A stretch of DNA of 64,000 bases from positions 644,344 to 708,343 of the forward strand of contig CAVSHL010000011.1 of the NCBI GenBank assembly GCA_963727745.1, given 5' to 3'. The notes under the pieces are model-generated. The model was given only the letters and a program-made list of their open reading frames with translations. It did not search any database and was not told the origin of the DNA. Numbering within the stretch: position 1 is the first letter of the stretch; each line of letters starts with the position of its first letter. A program made the position numbers and the translations under genes. Shown here piece by piece: positions 57,938-64,000 of this stretch. This DNA is from an uncultured Actinomycetota bacterium (GTDB taxonomy: Bacteria > Actinomycetota > Actinomycetes > Mycobacteriales > Pseudonocardiaceae).

Positions 57938-58695
57938 ACTGGATGGACCTCACCTGGCAGCAGATCGCAGCCCTGCCCGACGACACGGTCGCGGTGCTGC
58001 CGCTCGGGGCCGTCGAGCAGCACGGGCCGCACCTGCCCGTCTCCACCGACTTCGTGATCGCGACATCGATCGCCGCGGCCGCGATCGACGTGGTGCCCGA
58101 CGACGTGCCGTGCGTGCTGATGCCCGGCCTCTGCTACACCAAGTCCGACGAGCACCACGCCTTCCCCGGCTCGATCTGGTTGTCGTGGGACACGCTGATG
58201 GCCACGCTCGTCGACATCGGTCGCTCGCTGCAGACGTCGGGCATCAGCCGGCTCCTGTTCGTCAACGGGCACGGCGGCAACTCCGCGCTCGGGCAGGTCG
58301 CGTGCCGGGAGATCCGCCGGCGGTTCGGGCTGCGGACGTTCTTCACCCACCCCGGGGTGCCCGTCGACCAGGGCGGCAGCGGCTCGGCGGCGAGCGAGCT
58401 CGGGATGGGTGTGCACGGCGGGCACGGCGAGACGTCGCTGATGCTGCACCTCCGCCCTGATCTCGTGCACATGGAGCTGGCCGTGGCGCGGGTGCCGTCG
58501 GCGTTGACCGAGTTCCGGCACATCGGCTTCGGCAAGCGCACCTCCTTCGGCTGGACGAGCGACGACTTCGGCCCCGACGGCCACATCGGCGACCCCACCG
58601 GCGCGACCGCCGAGCACGGCAAGGCGTTCGTTGAGGGTGCGGTGCCGGCGCTGGCCGAGGTGATCGGGGAGGCGCACCGTTTCCGCACGCAGTGA
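57934..58695 (+). CDS. Creatininase/amide hydrolase family protein
   Basis: PLGAVEQHGPHLPVSTD, KSDEH, NGHGGN, HGGHGETS, GHIGDP; GTGA overlap. Confidence 0.9.
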   Translation: MNWMDLTWQQIAALPDDTVAVLPLGAVEQHGPHLPVSTDFVIATSIAAAAIDVVPDDVPCVLMPGLCYTKSDEHHAFPGSIWLSWDTLMATLVDIGRSLQTSGISRLLFVNGHGGNSALGQVACREIRRRFGLRTFFTHPGVPVDQGGSGSAASELGMGVHGGHGETSLMLHLRPDLVHMELAVARVPSALTEFRHIGFGKRTSFGWTSDDFGPDGHIGDPTGATAEHGKAFVEGAVPALAEVIGEAHRFRTQ

Positions 58696-58756
58696 GCTGA
58701 CCGTTGCGGGCGCCGATCTCGTCTGGACGGGTACTCGCGAGATCCCCGGTGGCTCG

Positions 58757-59971
58757 GTGAGCTGCGCCGACGGGCTGGTCGTCGAAGAGCCGGTCGAGGG
58801 CGAGGTGCTCGACGCGTCCGGCTGTGTCGTCACCCCGGGCCTGATCAACGCACATCACCACCTGCTGCAGACCGCGTTCCGCACCCTGCCCGGCACCCGT
58901 GGCGTGCCGATGCGGGAGTGGCTGCCGCGGATGGCGGCGGCGTACACCGCGGTCGGCGTCGATGACGAGCTGGCGCACGCGGCCGCCTCGGCGGGTCTCG
59001 CCGAGGCGCTGCTGTGCGGCGTCACGACGGTCGCCGATCACCACCTGACCTGGCCGTCGTCCACCGGTGACGGGGTGGCGATCGCCCGCGCGGCCGTCGC
59101 TGCGGCTGCCGGGCTGGGCGCGCGGCTCGTGTTCGTCCGGGGCAGCGCCCGTGACGATCCGCAGTTCGCCGCTGCGTCCGCCGAGGCGATCGCGACGGCG
59201 CTGGCCGGTGACCCGATGGTGCAGGTCGCGGTCGGCCCGGCCGGCGTGCACAGCGACGCGCCGGAGACGTTCGCGCTGCTCGGCGAGGTCGCGGCGAAAC
59301 ACGGGCTGCGCCGGCGGACGCAGGCGAACGAGCAGGTCGACGTCGAGATCGCAGCGGAGCGCTACGGCCGCCGCCCGCTCGACCTGCTCGACGAGTGGGG
59401 ATGGCTCGCCCCCGACGTCACCCTCGCCCACCTGTGCGGGATCACCGACGCGGAGATCGCGCGGGTCGCCGCCGCGGGCGTCTCGGCCACGCACGCGCCC
59501 GGCTGCGACCTGCCGATGGGCTGGGGCATCGCACCCGTCGCGGCGCTCGCCGACGCCGGCGTCGCCGTCGGGCTGGGCACCAGCGGCGGCGGCTCCAACG
59601 ACGCCGGCCACCTCCTCGCCGACGCCCGGCTCGCCATGCAGGTGGCACCGCTCGTCGGCCGGCCCGTCGTGGCACGGGAGGTGCTGGGCTGGGCGACGGC
59701 CGGCGCAGCAGCCGGGCTCGCCCGCCCCGACCTCGGCCGCCTCGACCCCGGCTGCGTCGCCGACCTCGCCTGCTGGGAAGTGCGCGGCGTCGCCGACGCG
59801 GGTGTCGCCGATCCGCTGGCCGGGCTGCTGTGGGCGGGGCCCGGTCGTCGGCCGCGGCACGTCGTCGTCGCGGGAAAGGTGGTCGTGCGCGACGGCCGGC
59901 TGGTGGGCCGCGAGGAGTCGGAGGTTGCGGGGTCGCTCAGCGCACTGCTCGGGAGCCGCCCGCCCCGCTGA
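58757..59971 (+). CDS. Amidohydrolase, 8-oxoguanine/isoxanthopterin-deaminase-like, with atypical metal ligands
   Basis: VTPGLINAHHHLLQT (HxH), LAH, GSND. Plausible N-terminal coding continues in frame to ~58690 without a canonical start. Confidence 0.82.
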   Translation: MSCADGLVVEEPVEGEVLDASGCVVTPGLINAHHHLLQTAFRTLPGTRGVPMREWLPRMAAAYTAVGVDDELAHAAASAGLAEALLCGVTTVADHHLTWPSSTGDGVAIARAAVAAAAGLGARLVFVRGSARDDPQFAAASAEAIATALAGDPMVQVAVGPAGVHSDAPETFALLGEVAAKHGLRRRTQANEQVDVEIAAERYGRRPLDLLDEWGWLAPDVTLAHLCGITDAEIARVAAAGVSATHAPGCDLPMGWGIAPVAALADAGVAVGLGTSGGGSNDAGHLLADARLAMQVAPLVGRPVVAREVLGWATAGAAAGLARPDLGRLDPGCVADLACWEVRGVADAGVADPLAGLLWAGPGRRPRHVVVAGKVVVRDGRLVGREESEVAGSLSALLGSRPPR

Positions 59972-60043
59972 CCGGCCAGGTCTATGTGGCCAGGGAGACG
60001 CGGGATGACCCGATCTACGTGGTCAGCCCCGTGACGAACACGG

Positions 60044-60295
60044 TCACGGCGTTGTCGGTGTCGTCGGTGAGGGACCGGGCGCTGCCGGCGGGCTGGGTTT
60101 CGCCGCGTCCCGCGCGAGGAGCGCCAACCTGCACGGCCACCACGCGGCCGGTGTCCCTGCCCCGGGACGGGTGCCCCCGCAGCACCGCCCGTGCACGTCC
60201 GCGACGTGCTCCGCGGCCAGCCGCGCGACCACCTGCGGCCACGCCGCCAGCACCTCGACGGCGCCGAGCCACTGCGCCGCCTCGTCGCCGTTCAC
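60044..60295 (-). CDS. Small hypothetical Cys/His-containing protein (EHV..GRC..WPC pattern)
   Basis: 83 aa; pattern resembles small proteins I recall from Pseudonocardia; no function assignable. Confidence 0.45.
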   Translation of the reverse strand: MNGDEAAQWLGAVEVLAAWPQVVARLAAEHVADVHGRCCGGTRPGAGTPAAWWPCRLALLARDAAKPSPPAAPGPSPTTPTTP

Positions 60296-60689
60296 GCGCC
60301 GACCACTCGACTGATCACCATGCTGGGAGGGGCCGCACTGCTGGGCTGCTCCGCGCCAGGTTCACGCGGCGATGAGTTCTCGGGGGCGACGCCGCAGAGC
60401 GCGTCCCGGACTGGCGCACGGTGAACGTGCCGTGCACGTTTCGCCGCCGTCGATGACGACCGCCGCGACGGCGGGCACGCCTAGGCAAGATCGACAGCAG
60501 CGACGCACCGACACAGCACGCCGCCGTCGCGGCAGTCGCCGCCATCGAACCGAAACCCATGCCGGAACCCTCCGTCGCATTACGCGGCGCGAGGAGGTCA
60601 TCGAGAGGGTCACAGCGGGGGCAGACAGGGGCACCCCTTGCCCGCGCAGGGTCATCCGGGGGCAACCACCCCGCGGAGGCCCACACTGC

Positions 60690-61980
60690 GGTTCGTAGGG
60701 GATGAGCGGACCACCCGGCGGGCGGTCGCGGAGGCGAAGGCGCGGTGGCGGTCGGGGCGGGCGCGCACGTATCGGCCGTGGATCACCGAGCCGGGGATGT
60801 GGTGCCAGTTCGACTGGGGTGTGGGCCGATGGTGCCGTGGGCGGGCGGGGCGCCGCGGGCGACGTTGTTGTTTTGCCTGTGGCTGGCCTGGTCGCGGTTC
60901 CGGGTGGTGATCCCGACCTGGGACCGCACCCTGCCCACCCTGTTGGCGTGTGTGGACACGTCGTTGCGGCGTCTGGGTGGGGCGCCGACGTATGCGTTGA
61001 CCGACAACGAGAAGACGGTGACCGTGGAGCACGTCGCCCGGGTCGCGGTGCGGCACCCGGAGGTGGTGGCCGCGGGTCGGCATTACGGCATCCAGGTTGC
61101 GACGTGCGTGCCGTTCGACCCGGAGTCCAAGGGTGGCGCCGAGGCCAGCGTGCGGATCGCGAAGGCTGACCTGGTCCCGACCGAGGCCAACCTGGGCGAG
61201 GCGTATCCGAGCATGACGGCGCTGGTCGCGGCGTGTGACACGTTCTGCGCCACGGTCAACACCCGGCGGCATCGGGAGACCGCCGCAGTCCCGGCAGAGC
61301 GTCTGGTGCTGGAACGGGGGCGGCTGCACGTGTTGCCCTCGGCCCCGTATGCCGCAGCGCTCGGGGAGACCCGGCTGGTGAACACCGACCAGACGGTGCG
61401 GTTCGGGTCGGTGCGCTACTCCACCCCACCCGGGCTGGTCGGCGCCGAGGTATGGGTCCGCGCCGCCGCCGATGAACTGGTCGTGGTCGCCGACCTCAAC
61501 AGCCTCGCGCTGCGCCCTTCGTGGGCGCCGAGGCCACCGGTCGGGCTGGTCGAGGTCGCCCGCCACGCCTTGTCGACCCCGGGCCGACCGCGGATCGATC
61601 TCGGGCACTACCCCGGCCACCCCCAGGACCCGTCCGGGGCGCCTCGCCCGCCCAGGCCGCAGCCGAGCAGCCCGGCCGAGACCGCGTTCCTCGCCCTGGG
61701 GCCCGGAGCGGAGGCGTGGCTGGTCGAGGCCGCCGCCATCGGGTCGGTGCGGGTGCGGGCGAAGATGGCCGCCGCGGTCGAGCTCGCCGCCCTGGCCGGA
61801 CGCAGCGAGGTCGATGCCGCGCTCGGCGTTGCCGCCGCAGCCGGCCGGTTCGCCGAGGACGACCTGCTCGCGATCGTGCACCATCGCGCCGCCGGCGCCC
61901 CCACGGCGCAGCTGGTGGTCGCCGACGAGACACACTCCGCGCAACCGGGCACCTCCGCCTGGGAGGGGTTCGGCCGATGA
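60690..61980 (+). pseudogene. istA: IS21 transposase IstA, 5'-truncated and frameshifted
   Basis: FVGDERTTRRAV..YRPW..QFDWG in one frame shifts at 60823 to GPMV..LWLAWSRFR..LTDNEKT..SKGGAEASV (DDE core). The N-terminal HTH region is absent. Confidence 0.88.
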
Positions 61981-62352
61981 ACCCGACAAACCCCGAGCAC
62001 CCCCAGCGCCCCGAGCACCCCGAGCACCCCGAGCACACTGAGCGCCTCGATCAGCCCCGAGCACCCCGAGCACCCCGAGCACCCCGAGCACCCCGAGCGG
62101 CCGCAACGGCCCCCGGCATCGTCTTTGCCGAGTTCGCCGTTCGTGCTCCTGGATACCTTCACCGCCGCCCAAGCGGCCGTGGCGCTGTCGGCGTTCGAGC
62201 GGTGGCTGCTGCGCGGTGACCCGACCGCGACCGCCGCCTGCGCGCACGCCTGCTCCGACGGCGAGGACGACGCGGTCGCGGTCGCCAGCTGGGCCGGCAC
62301 CCTGGCTGACCGGCTGCGCCACCGGGTCGAGGAGGTCCGGTCATGGTCGTGA
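61977..62352 (+). CDS. IS21 middle ORF with (Pro-Glu-His)n repeats; one frameshift at ~62055
   Basis: ATGA overlap with the istA stop; its stop overlaps the istB start. Removing one C at 62055-62058 joins MNPTNPEHP.. to ..SSPFVLLDTF..EVRSWS. Confidence 0.6.
61991..62098 (+). repeat. 9-bp tandem repeat CCCCGAGCA in two blocks
   Basis: Directly visible; encodes PEH in the coupled frame. Confidence 0.9.
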
Positions 62353-63125
62353 CCGCGCAACCGGCTCCGCCAGCACTGCCTGAGGAACTCACCACGCTGC
62401 TGCGCCGGATGCGGCTGCCCTACCTGCGCAACGCCGCACCCGAGGTCCTCGCGACCGCCCGTGCCCAGCGCTGGGACCCCGCCGAAACCCTGCGGGTGCT
62501 GCTCGCCGAGGAAGTCGCCGGCCGCGACGACGCCACCCGTCGCCAACACCGCCGCGCCGCGGGCCTGCCCGCCGGGAAGACCTTCGCGTCCTGGCACGAA
62601 GCCGACAGTTCCATCCCGACCCCGACCCAGCACGCCCTCGCAACGCTGGAGTGGATCGGGCGGGCGGAGAATCTTGCGGTCACCGGGCCCTCGGGCACCG
62701 GCAAGACCCACCTGGTCGAGGCGCTCGCGCACGCCGCGATCGACACCGGGCGCCGGGTCGCCTGGTTCACCCTCGAATCCCTGACCGCCGCGGTCGGGCG
62801 AGCGGGCGCGGACGGCTCGGTCGCCCGCACCATCACCAAGATCACCCGCGCCGATCTGATCGTGGTCGACGACATCGGCATGCTCCCCGCCGGACAAGCC
62901 GCCGCCGAGGCCCTCTACCGGGTCATCGATGCCGCCTACGAACGCCGCTCGGTCGCCGTCACCTCGAACCTGCACCCCTCCGGGTTCGACACGATCATGC
63001 CCAAAACCCTGGCCACCGCGACCGTCGACCGACTGCTACACCACGCGCACATCGTGCTCACCGAAGGCACCAGCCGCCGCCTCGCCGAAGCCACCGCCGG
63101 GAAAGGTGTGATCCCCTTGACCTAG
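62343..63125 (+). CDS. istB: IS21 ATPase IstB
   Basis: MRLPYLR, GPSGTGKT, LIVVDDIG, VTSNL, VDRLLHH, G.SRRL. Confidence 0.95.
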   Translation: MVVTAQPAPPALPEELTTLLRRMRLPYLRNAAPEVLATARAQRWDPAETLRVLLAEEVAGRDDATRRQHRRAAGLPAGKTFASWHEADSSIPTPTQHALATLEWIGRAENLAVTGPSGTGKTHLVEALAHAAIDTGRRVAWFTLESLTAAVGRAGADGSVARTITKITRADLIVVDDIGMLPAGQAAAEALYRVIDAAYERRSVAVTSNLHPSGFDTIMPKTLATATVDRLLHHAHIVLTEGTSRRLAEATAGKGVIPLT

Positions 63126-63130
63126 ATCAA

Positions 63131-63224
63131 CAGGAGATCAACTGACCGCGCACAGGGAGATAACCTGTCCGCCAGCAGGGAGATCAACTGTCCGCCCACA
63201 GGGACGTCACGGTGTCCATTGACA
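63131..63224 (+). repeat. IS21 right-end multiple repeats and terminal inverted repeat
   Basis: CAGGAGATCAACTGACCGCGCA / CAGGGAGATAACCTGTCCGCCAG / CAGGGAGATCAACTGTCCGCCCA / CAGGGACGTCACGGTGTCCATTGACA. Confidence 0.9.
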
Positions 63225-63317
63225 GGCCACAGGTCCTAAAATCGCGCGTCGGAGTGGGAACGTCGGGCAACCGGAACTGCGCCCGGCGCGCGGGCAACAC
63301 GGGGAGGGTGATTGGCG

Positions 63318-64000
63318 GTGGCGACCGAGCAGAACCGTCTGCTGCGCGCCGCCCGCGAAATCACCCCGTCCCCTCGCGCGCCCGGCGAACCGATGTCCCG
63401 CGCCGAACTCGCCGACGCCGTCAACACATGGTTGTGGCACCACACCGGCACCCGATACGAGCTAGACGATCACCTGATCGGCAAGTGGGAACGCGGCATC
63501 GTCCGCCGTCCGATCCGTGATTACCGGGCAGCCCTGCGCGCCATCCTCGGCGCCGACACAGACGCCGCGTTGGGGTTCTACCCGGCCTGCCGCACCACCG
63601 CCTCCGAGCCCGCCGTCATGCCCGTGGCAGGGTCGGGGCCGTGGACCCGCGACACCATAGCCGCCGACGCCACCGAAGCGGCGGAGCAGTACTTGCTCAG
63701 CCGTAGAGCGGCCATGCGCGGCGCCGCCGCCATCCTCGGCGGCACCACCCTGCTGGCCCCGCTCGCACCGTGGCTGTCCCCGCTCGCCGACGAACCCGAA
63801 CTCGCGGCCCGGCGCGGCCCGTTCGCGCTCGCCGAAGTGGAAGCCATCGAATCGGTCACCGCCGGATTCCGCGCCTGGCGATCGACCACCGGGCTAGGCC
63901 GCACCGCCGTCGTCGGACAACTCGCCGACATCGTCGACCGCGTCCACACCGCACCCGACGGCCCTCTCACGAACCGGGTGTTCTGCGCCGCCGCCGAACT
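63318..64000 (+). CDS. XRE-family HTH regulator (partial, runs off the window)
   Basis: Manual translation from GTG 63318 (GGAGGG RBS-like upstream): NRLLRAARE..MSRAELADAVN..IGKWERG..RP..YRAALRAILG; open to the window end; absent from the ORF track. Confidence 0.8.
   Translation, partial: MATEQNRLLRAAREITPSPRAPGEPMSRAELADAVNTWLWHHTGTRYELDDHLIGKWERGIVRRPIRDYRAALRAILGADTDAALGFYPACRTTASEPAVMPVAGSGPWTRDTIAADATEAAEQYLLSRRAAMRGAAAILGGTTLLAPLAPWLSPLADEPELAARRGPFALAEVEAIESVTAGFRAWRSTTGLGRTAVVGQLADIVDRVHTAPDGPLTNRVFCAAAE

Larger units (their letters stand above)
60690..63224 (+). mobile_element. IS21-family element, left end missing, three ORFs
   Basis: istA core, middle ORF and istB; right end has 22-23 bp subterminal repeats and ends GTCCATTGACA at 63224. 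Confidence 0.9.

Noticed and set aside
60315-60560. Small minus-strand ORF MGFGSMAATAATAACCVGASLLSIL..
   Set aside because: Possible membrane peptide, but no RBS or motif support and a low-complexity tail; not called as a feature.
61991-62098. 9-bp repeat as CRISPR or iterons
   Set aside because: Unit too short, no spacers, and it lies in a coding frame.
63131-63224. 22-23 bp repeats as a mini CRISPR array
   Set aside because: Repeats are contiguous with no spacers, there are no cas genes, and they end in the IS21 terminal ..TGACA; these are IS21 subterminal repeats.
1-64000. tRNA, rRNA, riboswitch or prophage/integrase genes
   Set aside because: No cloverleaf, rRNA-like or phage-like sequence recognised by eye; an Infernal/Rfam scan of the larger gaps (17260-17810, 29210-29520) would be needed to exclude small RNAs.

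Overview
Very GC-rich actinobacterial chromosome segment, probably Pseudonocardiaceae (inferred from gene content and a small Cys/WPC protein type). No rRNA, tRNA or CRISPR array was found. Many long ORFs in the supplied track are shadow frames, so starts were re-called from the sequence. Layout: (1) 1-1.1 kb, a frameshifted trypsin-like protease with a membrane anchor and extra C-terminal domain, absent from the ORF track. (2) 1.4-11.4 kb, a vancosamine-type TDP-aminodeoxysugar cassette (evaA/B/C/D-like, no evaE) with two glycosyltransferases, an ABC exporter and an F420-type LLM oxidoreductase, but no intact PKS/NRPS. (3) 11.6-26.7 kb, acyl-CoA carboxylase genes, ferredoxin, an orphan chain-length-factor-like ketosynthase, a LAL regulator, a soluble two-component pair, a SnoaL-like cyclase and a methyltransferase. 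(4) 26.7-41.7 kb, regulator/enzyme pairs, a two-gene operon with a permuted papain-like amidase, a second LAL regulator, kup and an MFS pump. (5) 41.8-43.5 kb, a DUF222-HNH gene with a perfect LexA box, bracketed by ~100-120 bp imperfect inverted repeats, then an IS701 remnant. (6) 48.6-60 kb, pdhAB without E2 and a tightly coupled N-heterocycle uptake/deamination operon. (7) 60.7-63.2 kb, a left-truncated three-ORF IS21-family element, followed by a partial XRE regulator.
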